64,000 bases of DNA, from NCBI GenBank assembly GCA_963662545.2, contig CAXXLL010000002.1:736001-800000 (forward strand), given 5' to 3'. The DNA is from Gammaproteobacteria bacterium (GTDB taxonomy: Bacteria > Pseudomonadota > Gammaproteobacteria > Ga0077536). Each line of letters opens with the position of its first letter. Positions within the stretch are counted from its first letter, which is position 1. Shown one piece after another: positions 39,976 through 50,871 of the stretch. The notes below the pieces were generated by a model. The model had not been told where the DNA came from and did not search any database. It saw nothing but the letters and a program-made list of their open reading frames with translations. The position numbers and the translations under genes are program-made.

Positions 39976-41241
39976 ATGTCGACGGTTGCAGAACTTGATC
40001 CAAAGACCCGGGAAGCCATCGAAAAGACCCGCGGCCACCTCTCCGAAGCACGACACCTGCCGGGCTTTTACTATACGTCTCAGGAAATTTTCCAGCGCGA
40101 AATTGACACCATATTCATGCGCGAGTGGCTGTGCGTGGGCCGCATCGAGGAATTCGAGAACCCCGGTGATTACCACGCTATCCGGATCGCCGGCGAACCG
40201 CTGGTAATCTGCCGCGATAACGACAAGCAGCTGCACGCCTTTCGCAACCTCTGCCAGCACCGTGGGGTGGAGGTCGCCGTCGGCCAGGGCAATACCAAGC
40301 GTTTCATCTGCCGCTATCATGGGTGGACATATGGCATGGACGGTCGCTTGACGGGCGCGCCTCACAGCAGTGAAGTCAAGGGCTTCAACTTCCAGGCATG
40401 CCGCCTCCCGGTGGTGAATCTGGATACCTGGGGCGGCTACATCTTCGTTAATTTCGATCCCGATTGCCGTCCGTTGAGCGAATGCCTGGACGAAGACGGG
40501 GTCCGTGAGTTTGCTGCATTTCTGCAGCCTGAAAACACCAGAACATCGGACAAGTTCGAGTTCGAAGTTCCGTGCAACTGGAAGTTTGTACCGGAAAACC
40601 TCATGGACATGTACCACGTCGGCGTCATCCACAAGACGTCCTTTGGCGCCCATTTCCCGGTCAACGACTTCCGCTACAAGTTGACTGGCCAAGGTTACAA
40701 CGCCGTCTACGAGAGTCTCACCATGGCGCCAAACGGCGTCACGCTATTCGGGCCGATGCCGTGGCTGGCAGGTAAGGTGAGCGACAGGTTCGCCTGCACG
40801 ACCTGGGTGCGTCCGACGATGAATATCTTCGGTCGCCATGACCTTATCCAACCCTGGGTGGCCACGCCGATCGACGTCAATCGCACCCATGTCACCATTT
40901 ACACACAACTCCCCGAAGCGTTTTTCGAGGAACCTGGCTTCGCCGAAAAGAACAAGATTTATGCCGATTTCATCCGCTTCGTGGCCACCGAGGACGAGGC
41001 GATGCTCGAGTCGTTACAGACGGGAGTAAGTTCGCGCGGCTTTGCTCCGGGACCCACCGTCAATTTGGAGCGCGCCATCCATCATCTGCTCAATTACTAT
41101 CTCGACATCCTGCTCGCCGAAGACCTAAGCGCCCGCGAGAATCGCATCAAGGACGGCGCCACGGCAATCGCCGAGAGCGCCGCGAAGAATCCTGAGCCAT
41201 GCGATGGCGGCTACGCGAAAGCTTTCGGGCGAGGAGGGTGA
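39976..41241 (+). CDS. Rieske oxygenase alpha subunit (choline monooxygenase-like)
   Basis: CQHRG...CRYHGW; NWK...EN.MDMYHVGVIH. Confidence 0.92.
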   Translation: MSTVAELDPKTREAIEKTRGHLSEARHLPGFYYTSQEIFQREIDTIFMREWLCVGRIEEFENPGDYHAIRIAGEPLVICRDNDKQLHAFRNLCQHRGVEVAVGQGNTKRFICRYHGWTYGMDGRLTGAPHSSEVKGFNFQACRLPVVNLDTWGGYIFVNFDPDCRPLSECLDEDGVREFAAFLQPENTRTSDKFEFEVPCNWKFVPENLMDMYHVGVIHKTSFGAHFPVNDFRYKLTGQGYNAVYESLTMAPNGVTLFGPMPWLAGKVSDRFACTTWVRPTMNIFGRHDLIQPWVATPIDVNRTHVTIYTQLPEAFFEEPGFAEKNKIYADFIRFVATEDEAMLESLQTGVSSRGFAPGPTVNLERAIHHLLNYYLDILLAEDLSARENRIKDGATAIAESAAKNPEPCDGGYAKAFGRGG

Positions 41242-41341
41242 ACAAGGCCCGTTTTAGCGTGGGCCGGTATTATTTTGCAATGGGTTCTAGGAGTTACGGA
41301 GTTGTATCCAATTATGACGAGGCACACCTGCTTAATGTCAA

Positions 41342-42481
41342 TTAGATACCAATCAGTGTCGCGTAGCGGTCACGATGGAAAATCGCATCGCCCAGGATTT
41401 GCTGAGTCACCCGAGCACGTTTAAGAAAGAGACCGATGTCGGCTTCGTCGGTCATCCCGATGCCGCCGTGCATCTGAATGGCTTCGTTACTCACGAGTTC
41501 GAGCATGTCGCAGGCCTTTGCTTTCGCAGCGCTGGCGAGCGCTGCCGCCTCCCCGTCCTTAGCGTCGATGGCTGCGAGCGCACCGTAGGTTGCCGACCGC
41601 GTTAACTCTATTTCGCAATACATTTCGGCGGCGCGGTGTTTGAGCGCCTGGAACGAACCGATCGGGGCGCCGAATTGCTCCCGGACTTTCAAATACTCAA
41701 TCGTACGATCGAATGCTTCCTGGCCCGTGCCGAGCATCTCCGCGGCCAGGCCGGCGCGTGCGCCATCGAGGATGGATTCGAGGATCTCCAAGCCCGAGCC
41801 CGGCGTGCCGATGACGGCATCGGCCGTAACCGCGACTTCGTCGAATTCGATGTTCGCTGAATTGCGAGCGTCGACCATGTTCGTGCGCGCACGGTGGATG
41901 CCGGCTACGGTGGCGTCGACCAAAAATAACGTTAATCCGTCGCGATCGTTGTCGCCACCGTCGGTACGTGCGACGACGATGAGGTGGTCGGCGACATGGC
42001 CATCGAGTACAAAGGTTTTGCGCCCATTGATAACGTAACCGTTCTCATGCTTATCAGCGCGTGTCGCAATGCAATGTGGCGCATGACGCGACCCTTCCTC
42101 GTGCGCCAGCGCCAGGATGCAATCGCCTGCCACCACGCGCGCCAGCACGTCCTCACGCTGTGAATCGCGAGGTGCATGGGCAATGATGGGCGCACCGATA
42201 ACGGCGGTCGAGATCAGCGGTGAAGCGGCCAAGGTGCGTCCCGACTGCTCAAGAATGCAGCCTATCGCCGTATAACCGGGGTCGATGCCGCCATGTTTTT
42301 CGTCAATCAGGATCCCGGTCCAGCCCATTTCCGCCATCTCTCGCCATATGGCGCGGTCGAATCCGGTATCGTCGCCTTCGTCTCGCAAGCTGCGCAGCGC
42401 TCTAACAGGAAGTTGGTCGTCGAAGAAGCGCACCGCGGTGTCGCGTAGCAGTTCCAGGTCGGCTTCGGTGAGTTTGCTCAT
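41342..42481 (-). CDS. Acyl-CoA dehydrogenase (probable heteromer partner)
   Basis: REQFGAPIGSFQALKH, QMHGGIG. Confidence 0.92.
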   Translation of the reverse strand: MSKLTEADLELLRDTAVRFFDDQLPVRALRSLRDEGDDTGFDRAIWREMAEMGWTGILIDEKHGGIDPGYTAIGCILEQSGRTLAASPLISTAVIGAPIIAHAPRDSQREDVLARVVAGDCILALAHEEGSRHAPHCIATRADKHENGYVINGRKTFVLDGHVADHLIVVARTDGGDNDRDGLTLFLVDATVAGIHRARTNMVDARNSANIEFDEVAVTADAVIGTPGSGLEILESILDGARAGLAAEMLGTGQEAFDRTIEYLKVREQFGAPIGSFQALKHRAAEMYCEIELTRSATYGALAAIDAKDGEAAALASAAKAKACDMLELVSNEAIQMHGGIGMTDEADIGLFLKRARVTQQILGDAIFHRDRYATLIGI

Positions 42482-42485
42482 CGGG

Positions 42486-43658
42486 CTAATCCGGCAAGCC
42501 GAGTACGCGTTTGGCGATCACGTTCAATTGCACCTCGGAGGTGCCACCCTCGATCGAGTTGCCTTTTGACCGCAGCCACGAGCGGCAAAGCGTAAGATCG
42601 ATATCGTCGAAACCGTCCCCCTCCCAGCCAAGCCCCGTGCTGCCGGCAATTTTCATCAACAGTTCGAACTTGCGCTTGTTCTGCTCCGTGCCGTAATACT
42701 TGAGCATGGCCGCGACGCCGGCCGCGGAATCGCCGCCAAGGGTGGCTCGTTTGGAGGTCAGTTCAAATGCGCGATCATTAATCAACTGGCGTGCGAGCAG
42801 GTCACGCAGTACCGGATCGTGAATGCGGCCATCGGAATCGCCGAGATATTTTCGCGCCAGATCCTCTAGCGGCGGGAGCCGCTGGCCCCCGCGTGCGCCC
42901 AATTGCGAGATCATGGCGCGCTCGTGGGCGAGCAACTGTTTCGCGATCGCCCAGCCGCCGTTGACCGCGCCGATTAGCTGATCTCTGGGAACTTTTACGT
43001 TATCGAAAAATGTCTCGCAGAAAGCCGAAGAGCCGCTGATTAACTTGATGGGGCGAACCTCGATCCCGGGACTGTGCATATCGAAAAGCAGGAAGCTGAT
43101 GCCGGCGTGCTTGACCGAGGTATCGGTGCGTACCAGACAAAATATCCAGTCGGCGTGATGCGCGTAGGACGTCCAGACTTTCTGGCCATTGACGAGGTAG
43201 TGATCGCCCTGGTCCTCGGCGCGCGTCTGCAAGCTGGCCAGATCGGAGCCCGCGCCGGGCTCGCTGTAGCCCTGACACCACCAGATTTCGCCGCGTACGA
43301 TGGGCGGCAGGTAGCGTTCTTTCTGTTCCCGGGTGCCGATATCGAGCAGCAGTGGGCCGAGCATATAGAGGCCGAAACTGAATAAGGGTGGGCGACACTC
43401 CAAGCGCCGCATTTCTTCGGTGAGAATGTCAGCTTCCTGGCGCGACAGGCCGCCGCCGCCAAATTCGCGCGGCCAGGCCGGCGCGGTCCAGCCGCGTTCG
43501 ACCATCCGCTCGAACCAAAGCTTCGATTCCGGGTGCTTGAAGACTGGATTATTACCGCCCCAGACTCTTTCGTTGTCGGGCATGGGTGTGCGCATTCCGG
43601 GCGGGCAGTTCTCTTCCAGCCATGCGCGGGTCTCGGCGCGAAAGTTCTGGAGCGTCAT
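42486..43658 (-). CDS. Acyl-CoA dehydrogenase
   Basis: WCQGYSEPGAGSDLASL, NGQKVWTS, IEGGTSEVQ. Confidence 0.93.
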   Translation of the reverse strand: MTLQNFRAETRAWLEENCPPGMRTPMPDNERVWGGNNPVFKHPESKLWFERMVERGWTAPAWPREFGGGGLSRQEADILTEEMRRLECRPPLFSFGLYMLGPLLLDIGTREQKERYLPPIVRGEIWWCQGYSEPGAGSDLASLQTRAEDQGDHYLVNGQKVWTSYAHHADWIFCLVRTDTSVKHAGISFLLFDMHSPGIEVRPIKLISGSSAFCETFFDNVKVPRDQLIGAVNGGWAIAKQLLAHERAMISQLGARGGQRLPPLEDLARKYLGDSDGRIHDPVLRDLLARQLINDRAFELTSKRATLGGDSAAGVAAMLKYYGTEQNKRKFELLMKIAGSTGLGWEGDGFDDIDLTLCRSWLRSKGNSIEGGTSEVQLNVIAKRVLGLPD

Positions 43659-43702
43659 ATAGGCAGCCCTTCGATTTCTTTGTTGCGAGGAGGCGTTGAA
43701 TA

Positions 43703-43890
43703 GGTATTGTCATGTTAATCGACGATTGGGCAAAGAGGTGCGATGAAAACATCCAAAGGCCGCTATCGCCGGTCCCGTTTTCCATCCGCGGTTATCCAAT
43801 ATACCGCCAGGCTTTATCATCGCTTCACCTTGAACTTCCGTGATTTTGAGGATTTGGCTGTGGTGCGAGAGATCCACGTGACTGATCGAC
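43703..43890 (+). mobile_element. IS6-family left end and transposase 5' remnant, copy 1
   Basis: ggtattgtcatgtt end; YRRSRFPSAVIQY.ARLYHRFTLNFRDFEDL. Confidence 0.8.
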
Positions 43891-43993
43891 CTGATAAAAA
43901 CGGCGTGCGCTATACTTGGCGAGCTGCCTGCCCATATCTTAAGAATCAAGCGTGTGACGGAGACTCGGCTGTCAGACGGCCGAGGAGGAAATC

Positions 43994-44932
43994 ATGAGGC
44001 TGGAAGTACGACCACTGGCAGAACCCCTGGGCGCGATTGTTCGTGGTTGGGATCCGAAGGCCGAACTCAGCGCACAAGATCACGCCGACATTCTGCAGGG
44101 TTTGCGCCAATATCAAGTGCTGGTGTTCCGGGGACACGCTCAGCCAAGCGATAGGGATTTGACGCGCTTTGCTCAAAGTTTTGGCGATCTGGTCAAAGGG
44201 TCGGAATGGTTTGGCGACATTGGGGACTATGCCGAGATATTGCCCATAAATAACCTGGTCGATGATGACGGCGTACCCATCGGCACGGGTGCGTCCGCTG
44301 CCCTCGAATGGCACTCGGATTATTCGTACGTGTCTACGGTCGGCAAGGAGAGTTTTTTAGAAGCCGTCGAACTGCCGAAATCTTCACCGCAGACGTGCTT
44401 TTGCAGCCAGTACGTGGCGCTAGAGACCTTGCCGCGCAAGACCGTCGACACGCTGCGTCCCCTGCGCGCCTTTCACAGCATCAATTACATCTCTGCGGAT
44501 ACGCCAGAGCCAACCATGACCTCAGGCTCGCGGGGCAATCGCGCCGGCGATGAAATTCGGGCGGGCTTCTTGGCTAAAAAAGCGCGTAATAAGCGTCAGG
44601 GCATCAAGCGCCCGCGCATCCCGGAAGCCAAACATCCAGCGATCTTGCGCCACCCGGATTCGGGGCGGGAAATTCTGTACGTCAACCCGGGGATCACGCA
44701 ATACATCATCGGTATGCCACGGGACGAGAGTGACGATCTGCTGCGGGAGTTGCATGCCCATTCAACCCGCCCGTCGTGCGTGTATTCGCATGACTGGGAG
44801 CAAGGCGATTTGGTGATGTTCGACACCCTCGGCACCCTACACCGGCGCGATGCCTGGGATCCCGGCGAGCGGCGGGTGATGCGCCAGCTCAGCACCCTGT
44901 GGGATCCTTCCGCGCCGGATCTGTCTTCGTAA
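43994..44932 (+). CDS. TauD/TfdA 2-oxoglutarate-dependent dioxygenase
   Basis: WHSD, HP...HPDSGR, W..GDLVMFD...LHRR. Confidence 0.9.
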   Translation: MRLEVRPLAEPLGAIVRGWDPKAELSAQDHADILQGLRQYQVLVFRGHAQPSDRDLTRFAQSFGDLVKGSEWFGDIGDYAEILPINNLVDDDGVPIGTGASAALEWHSDYSYVSTVGKESFLEAVELPKSSPQTCFCSQYVALETLPRKTVDTLRPLRAFHSINYISADTPEPTMTSGSRGNRAGDEIRAGFLAKKARNKRQGIKRPRIPEAKHPAILRHPDSGREILYVNPGITQYIIGMPRDESDDLLRELHAHSTRPSCVYSHDWEQGDLVMFDTLGTLHRRDAWDPGERRVMRQLSTLWDPSAPDLSS

Positions 44933-44956
44933 AATCCGCTGAAAAGACAGCGGTCT

Positions 44957-46738
44957 CTATTTCTCTGAGCCGAGCGGATACCGGATTGATTCGACCGTAG
45001 CTTGAACCTCATCGGGCGGCGGGGTGGTGAACGAGCTGACTGCGATTGCGACCGCGAAGTTGACGGCCATGCCGATGATGCCAATCCCCTCGGGACTGAT
45101 CCCGAAGAGCCAGTCTTCTGCGCCCGCCGTTTTGTTGATCGTCTTGAAATAGACGATATAACTCAGCGTGAACATCATGCCGGTGATCATGCCGGCGATG
45201 GCACCTTCTTTGGTCGTTCGCTTAGTAAAGATACCCAGAATGAGGATCGGGAAGAAACTACTTGCCGCCAGGCCAAACGCATAGGCCACCACTTGCGCCA
45301 CGTAGGCAAAGTTCTGGATCCCGAAGTAGGCGGCGATGCCGACCGCGAGAGCCGCCGCCGCTCGGGCCCATGCCAATTCCTCCCGCTCGGACATTTCGGG
45401 TTTCACGATTCGTTTGCCGATGTCGTGCGCCAGCGATGAAGAGATGACCAGCAACAAGCCCGCCGCCGTGGATAAGGCCGCCGCCAATCCGCCGGCCGCC
45501 ACCAACGCCACGACCCACGCCGGAAGCCGTGCGATCTCTGGATTCGCGAGCACAATGATGTCGCGGTCGATGTAAAGCTCATTGTCATTGTCGGTCAGTT
45601 GGTTTGTTACCATCAATTGCCCGAACTGGCCGCGAATATCTTCGCCGCCTTCTTTCGCAAAAACCGGTTTACCCGCGAAGGCTTCGCCCTGGCGATAGTC
45701 GATGCGCCCATCCCCGTTCTTGTCGACCCATGCGATCAGATCGGTCTTCTCCCAGTTCGTGAACCACTCGGGCGCTTCGAAATAAGGTTTACCGTTCAGC
45801 GTCTGAATGAGATTAACCCGCGCAAACGCCGCGACCGTCGGCGCGGTCGTATAGAGGATCGCGATGAATAGGAGCGCCCAGAAGGCGCTGTAACGCGCTG
45901 CCCGAACGGTCGGCACGGTATAAAAGCGAATGAGCACGTGCGGCAGACCCGCCGTTCCGACCATCAACGCCAGCGTGATGGCGAAAATATCCTGCATGCT
46001 CTTCTTACGTGCAGTGTAATCGGGAAGCCCGAGTTCGCGGTGGATGTCGTTGAGCGCCTGCAATAGATAAACGCCGGCATTCGGCTGACCTTCGGCCAAG
46101 GTTGAACCGAATCCCAACTGCGGGATCGGATTGCCCGTCAGTTTCATCGAGATGGCGATTGCAGGGATGAGATAGGCGATGATGAGGACGCAATACTGAG
46201 CGACCTGGGTCCATGTGATCGAACGCATGCCCCCCAACGCGGCATAGATGTAGACGATTACGACGCCGATGATGATGCCCCAATTAATGGGTACGTCCAG
46301 GAAACGGGAAAAGACCACGCCGACGCCCCTCATCTGACCGGCGACGTAAGTCAGCGAAATGAGAATCGCACAAACCACGGCCACCACCCGCGCGGCGTTC
46401 GAGTAGTAGCGATCGCCAACGAAATCAGGAACTGTGTACTTGCCGTACTTGCGCAAATAGGGCGCCAGCAGCAGCGCCAGGAGGACGTAACCGCCCGTCC
46501 AGCCAAGCAGATAGACGACGCCGTCGTAGCCCATGAACGAGATCAGCCCCGCCATCGAGATGAACGAGGCGGCGCTCATCCAGTCCGCCCCCGTGGCCAT
46601 GCCGTTGAAGAAGGCCGGTACGCCGTGCCCGGCAACGTAGAATCCCTTCGTGGTGCCGGTGCGGCTCGCGACGGCGATCCCGATATAGAGCGCGAAGGTC
46701 AGCCCCACGAAGATGTAAGTCCAAACCTGGATGCTCAT
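44957..46738 (-). CDS. actP: Cation/acetate symporter (SSS family)
   Basis: NGMATGADWMSAASFIS, GTAGLPH...RFYT. Confidence 0.88.
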   Translation of the reverse strand: MSIQVWTYIFVGLTFALYIGIAVASRTGTTKGFYVAGHGVPAFFNGMATGADWMSAASFISMAGLISFMGYDGVVYLLGWTGGYVLLALLLAPYLRKYGKYTVPDFVGDRYYSNAARVVAVVCAILISLTYVAGQMRGVGVVFSRFLDVPINWGIIIGVVIVYIYAALGGMRSITWTQVAQYCVLIIAYLIPAIAISMKLTGNPIPQLGFGSTLAEGQPNAGVYLLQALNDIHRELGLPDYTARKKSMQDIFAITLALMVGTAGLPHVLIRFYTVPTVRAARYSAFWALLFIAILYTTAPTVAAFARVNLIQTLNGKPYFEAPEWFTNWEKTDLIAWVDKNGDGRIDYRQGEAFAGKPVFAKEGGEDIRGQFGQLMVTNQLTDNDNELYIDRDIIVLANPEIARLPAWVVALVAAGGLAAALSTAAGLLLVISSSLAHDIGKRIVKPEMSEREELAWARAAAALAVGIAAYFGIQNFAYVAQVVAYAFGLAASSFFPILILGIFTKRTTKEGAIAGMITGMMFTLSYIVYFKTINKTAGAEDWLFGISPEGIGIIGMAVNFAVAIAVSSFTTPPPDEVQATVESIRYPLGSEK

Positions 46739-47013
46739 TCACCACCGCCTCTATCGTCCTCTTCGACGTGATAGGCGCGATCGAGCTTCTCTACCCAGAT
46801 GCAGTAAACGAGGATCAGCGCGATGAATATGTACACCGATCCCTGTTGGGCGAACCAGAACCCGAGCGGAAAACCACCGATATGAAATTTGTTCAATTGT
46901 TCGACGAAAAAAATGCCGGGGAAAAATCCGACGACAAACCAGACGCCGAGCAGGATCGCGATGATCCGAACGTTGGCTTTCCAATAGGCTTGCCGGTTGG
47001 TTGACTCGGGCAT
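46735..47013 (-). CDS. DUF4212 small SSS-transporter partner
   Basis: AYWKAN, GFPLGFWFAQQGS; overlaps the actP start. Confidence 0.88.
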   Translation of the reverse strand: MPESTNRQAYWKANVRIIAILLGVWFVVGFFPGIFFVEQLNKFHIGGFPLGFWFAQQGSVYIFIALILVYCIWVEKLDRAYHVEEDDRGGGE

Positions 47014-47203
47014 GGGGTATTTCTCGGATGTGGGACGCGCGCGGCGAAGGCTGCCCATATCGCACGCACCGAGGGGCGAACGCCGCCGGTTATGGGAACT
47101 TATTTATGTAATAAAAGTCAAGGTCGCCGTCGGATCTCGCAAGCTTTGGGAAGGCCAAACGGTAGCTTGAAAGAGAGTTCGAAACCGCCGCGGATCAAAA
47201 GGC

Positions 47204-47284
47204 AAAAGGTGACGGAGGGATTAGGATCAAAAGGAGATCAAAAGGTGACGGAGGGATTAAAGATTAATCCCTCCGTCACCTTTT
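47204..47284. repeat. REP-like cluster (two direct copies, one inverted)
   Basis: aaaaggtgacggagggatta at 47204 and 47240; perfect inverse at 47264-47284. Confidence 0.85.
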
Positions 47285-47371
47285 CCTCGCTAAGAAAATT
47301 CGGTAAAGGGGGCGCGTGTACGGACTGACCTTACTAGAGCCCGAATGACTGGTTGAGGCTGCTCCTTTAGG

Positions 47372-48721
47372 TTACGCGCTCGGCTCGCTCTCCTGAATGT
47401 ACGTTCGTTCCTTGAATGCCATCGCGATCGGAATGAAGATCACGGCCGCTGCAAACATCATTCCCGCAAAAAACAGAAAGTAGCTCGCGCCTTCGAGTTT
47501 GGAGGAGCCGTCCGGATTCTGAATGACCGTGTTCACTATGGCGGTGAAGAGATTGCCGAGAGACACGCTCATCAGAAACAGGGACATGATGAAGGATTTG
47601 ATCTTGCGCGGCGCCTGGGTGTAGGAGAATTCGAGCGCAGTGATCGATACGAGCACTTCAGCCGCAGTAATGATCCCATAGGCGATGAGCTGCCACACGA
47701 TGTTGGGCCGCTCGCCCGCTGCGATCCAGGTTTCGATCAACGCGCATATCAAGAACGATCCGGTCGCGATGAAAAGGCCGAGTGAAATCTTGCGCAATGG
47801 CGTGATCTTGAATATGCGCCCGACCGCTGGATAAAGGACCTGGTTGTAGAGGGGAATGAAGAGAAGGATCAGGATCGGATTGAGGGCTCCGATCTGCGAC
47901 GGTAGCCACTCGATCCCCAAGAATTGGCGATCCATCTTGTTGGCCTGCAGGACCCAGGTTGATCCGGACTGGTCGAAGAGCGCCCAGAACACGGCGATGA
48001 AGAGATAGACCACCGAGAGGCGCAGCATGGCCGCGATACCTTCGCCGCTGAACGCCTCCTTGAGAAATTCTCGACCCCCGGGCGGAATGTGAATGAAACG
48101 CCGGCGCCCGAACCAGAAGACCCAGGTCGCCAGGATCATCAACGCACCGGGAAGGCCGAATGCGGCATGGGGCCCGTAGTGCTCGAGCAGGAGCGGCGTA
48201 AGCAGGACCGAGATGAATGCACCGAGATTGATCGCGAAATAAAAATACGAGTAGACCTTTGGCAGCAGCTTGGCATTGGCGTCGCCGAACTGGTCACCCA
48301 CGTGAGCCGAAACGCAGGGCTTGATGCCGCCAGAGCCCAACGCGATCAGGCCGAGCCCAAGCGCGAGCCCAATCAGAGTGTCGTTCATCGCCAAAGCGAA
48401 GTGGCCCAGGCAGTAGACGATCGAGAGGCTCACGATCGTTCGATACTTTCCGAGAAAGACATCGGCGAGCAGGGCGCCCGCGATCGGGGTGAAGTACACC
48501 GCTGTGCCGAACCAGTGGAAGTACACCGTGGCATCGGCTTCGCTCAGCACCGCAAGCTCTCCGCTCGCGTCGCGCAGGTACTGGGTCATGAAGATGATCA
48601 GCACCGTGCGCATGCCGTAGTAGCTGAAACGTTCGGCTGCCTCGTTGCCGATGATGTAGGGAATGCCTTTCGGCATCTCCAGGCTGACTTCGGGAGCGGT
48701 GCGGTACTGGGACCTGGCCAT
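47372..48721 (-). CDS. POT-family proton/oligopeptide transporter
   Basis: EAAERFSYYG, GGIKP..S..GDQF, FYFAINLG. Confidence 0.93.
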   Translation of the reverse strand: MARSQYRTAPEVSLEMPKGIPYIIGNEAAERFSYYGMRTVLIIFMTQYLRDASGELAVLSEADATVYFHWFGTAVYFTPIAGALLADVFLGKYRTIVSLSIVYCLGHFALAMNDTLIGLALGLGLIALGSGGIKPCVSAHVGDQFGDANAKLLPKVYSYFYFAINLGAFISVLLTPLLLEHYGPHAAFGLPGALMILATWVFWFGRRRFIHIPPGGREFLKEAFSGEGIAAMLRLSVVYLFIAVFWALFDQSGSTWVLQANKMDRQFLGIEWLPSQIGALNPILILLFIPLYNQVLYPAVGRIFKITPLRKISLGLFIATGSFLICALIETWIAAGERPNIVWQLIAYGIITAAEVLVSITALEFSYTQAPRKIKSFIMSLFLMSVSLGNLFTAIVNTVIQNPDGSSKLEGASYFLFFAGMMFAAAVIFIPIAMAFKERTYIQESEPSA

Positions 48722-48825
48722 CAGCGTCCGTGGCCGGTGAACCGTTTTTCTTCGAATTCGTCGAGGTGGATCCTCACCACAGTCCGCACCCTCTGGCCTC
48801 GTGGTAAACCGCAATGTGGGCGGCG

Positions 48826-49030
48826 GGTATTGTCACGTTAATCAACGATCAGGCAAAGCGGTGGGATGAAAACGTCCAAACGCCACTATCGCCGGCACCG
48901 TTCCCTACCCGAAATCATCCAATTCACTATGCCGCTTTTTCGTCGCTTCAGCTTGAGCTTCCGTGATATCGAGGATTTGCTCGCGGTGCGTGAGAACCAG
49001 GTGGCCGGGGAAACGATCTGTCGCTTGCCC
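48826..49030 (+). mobile_element. IS6-family left end and transposase 5' remnant, copy 2
   Basis: ggtattgtcacgtt; RFSLSFRDIEDLLAVR...ETIC. Confidence 0.8.
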
Positions 49031-49031
49031 C

Positions 49032-49952
49032 TCAGAGCTGAGGAATGATCTCCTGCGCGAGGAGCTCCAGGTGTTCCATTTCGTCGAAGACCGGGTTGAG
49101 GAGCAGATGCCGGGCCCCGGCACCAACAAGCTCGGCAAGCTTGTCGAGACATTCGGCGGAACCACCCCAAATGGCGTCGCGCGATGCCATATCGGCATTA
49201 CCATAGCGCATGCCAAACCACTCGCGCAGACGCCGTTCAGCGCGATCGCGGTCGTCATCGACCGCGAGGTAAACGCGCTTCGACACGCGGAAGCCCGCAG
49301 GGTCGCGGCCCATTTCCTCGAGATACACGCGGAGTTGCGCTGCATGTTGAATGAAGTCCGCGGTCGAGGATGAGCCGGCTCCCATCCAGGCATCGCCAAG
49401 CCGCGCCGCCCGCCGCAGCCCGGGTTCACTACGCGCGCCAAACCAGATCGGCGGGTGGGGTTTCTGTACGGGCTTGGGTTCCATCGCGACGCCGTCGAGG
49501 TTCCAGAAGGTTCCCGAAACGTTGGCCTCGGCTTGCGTCCAGAGGGCCTTCATGACTTCGATGCCCTCGACAAACCGTCGGATCCGCCGTTCCTTCGAGT
49601 AGCCAAAGATCGCCTCGTCTACATGGCCGCCGGACCCGACGCCCACATCGAGACGGCCCGCACACAAATGGTCGAGGCTAGCCAGCATCTTTGCGAGCTG
49701 GATCGGATTGCGGAGCGTCGTGAGCATGACCGACACGCCGAGCCGCATCCGCGAGGTCAACGCTGATGCGTGGGACAGCAGGCTCAACGGCTCGAGTATC
49801 CCGAAATTACTGAGCACGGCTTCCTGCGTCCATGCGCTTTCGTAGTTCAGTGTTTCCGCGCGCTCGAGAAAGACACGGATGTGCTGCAGGTCGAGAGCGC
49901 CTCCGGCAACGAATTGCGGGATCGCAATCCCGCAGGGTGTGCTGCCAATCAA
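49032..49952 (-). CDS. LLM-class flavin-dependent oxidoreductase
   Basis: RNPIQLAK..ASLD.L..GRL, PKPVQKPHPPIW. Confidence 0.9.
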   Translation of the reverse strand: MIGSTPCGIAIPQFVAGGALDLQHIRVFLERAETLNYESAWTQEAVLSNFGILEPLSLLSHASALTSRMRLGVSVMLTTLRNPIQLAKMLASLDHLCAGRLDVGVGSGGHVDEAIFGYSKERRIRRFVEGIEVMKALWTQAEANVSGTFWNLDGVAMEPKPVQKPHPPIWFGARSEPGLRRAARLGDAWMGAGSSSTADFIQHAAQLRVYLEEMGRDPAGFRVSKRVYLAVDDDRDRAERRLREWFGMRYGNADMASRDAIWGGSAECLDKLAELVGAGARHLLLNPVFDEMEHLELLAQEIIPQL

Positions 49953-50063
49953 GACCCTATTTCTCGCGATGTCGCGTCCGTAATTTGACGCACGACCAAC
50001 GGTGCAGGGGACGGCGCCCCACGGCGTAAACAGGTATAGCGTTCCCGGTTTTCCAAAGCGGCG

Positions 50064-50840
50064 CTACTCTTTGTTCCCGAACTCAGTTGGCCAATGGTCA
50101 ACGGCTGCCAAGCCTTCCAGGGCCAGGCCATACGGTAGATAATCAAGCATCGCGCGTTTGACCTGTTGCAGCATCGCCTCGCGTGCGAGGCGGACCGTCA
50201 GCGGCGGCCGCTGAAGAATTTGCCGTGCGAGTGCCCAGGCCCGCGGCACGAGTTCATCTCGCGTAAGCACCTCGTTGACGACGCCGAGGTCGAGGGCTTC
50301 ACGGGCCGAGAGTTCCTGTCCCGTCAAGAGAAAATATCGGCCGCGGTTGAGTCCCAGCAACAGGGGCCACACGATGTGCACGCCGTCGCCCGGGACAAGA
50401 CCGCTGGGGAAATGGGGCGCGTCCTGGAAGGTCGCATGGTCAGCGGCGAGGACGATGTCACACAACAGGGCAAGCTCGGCGTGCACCGTTGCCGGGCCGT
50501 TGACGGCCGCGATCATCGGCGCCTGGATCTCGAGCAGATTCATGAGTAAACGCTTGGCGTCGTACAGTACCTTCTCACCCCAAAATCGAGCCTCGACCTC
50601 ACCGCCGCCAAGATCTTCCTTGTGGATGAACGTCTCGCCTGACCCGGTCAGGATGATCACCTTGTTCTCAGGGTCCGCTCCAATGTCGGCAAAGCAGTAA
50701 CCGAGTTCTTCGTGCGGCGGGAAACCCCAGATCAGATCCGAATCATCGGTGTGCAGGGTCACCTGCAGGATCCCCTCCTCGCGATGAAACTTAATGTTCG
50801 AATACTTCTCGGCATAATTCTCAAGCTGCGGAACGAGCAT
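50064..50840 (-). CDS. Crotonase-family beta-diketone hydrolase (6-oxocamphor hydrolase-like)
   Basis: [35 protein letters not shown]. Confidence 0.8.
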   Translation of the reverse strand: MLVPQLENYAEKYSNIKFHREEGILQVTLHTDDSDLIWGFPPHEELGYCFADIGADPENKVIILTGSGETFIHKEDLGGGEVEARFWGEKVLYDAKRLLMNLLEIQAPMIAAVNGPATVHAELALLCDIVLAADHATFQDAPHFPSGLVPGDGVHIVWPLLLGLNRGRYFLLTGQELSAREALDLGVVNEVLTRDELVPRAWALARQILQRPPLTVRLAREAMLQQVKRAMLDYLPYGLALEGLAAVDHWPTEFGNKE

Positions 50841-50871
50841 GGGTCAACTCCTCTTCTCGAAATACGGGGGC

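Noticed and set aside
47204-47284. Short repeat cluster as a mini-CRISPR
   Set aside because: Only two direct copies plus one inverted copy with 3-16 nt spacers; this fits a REP-like element.
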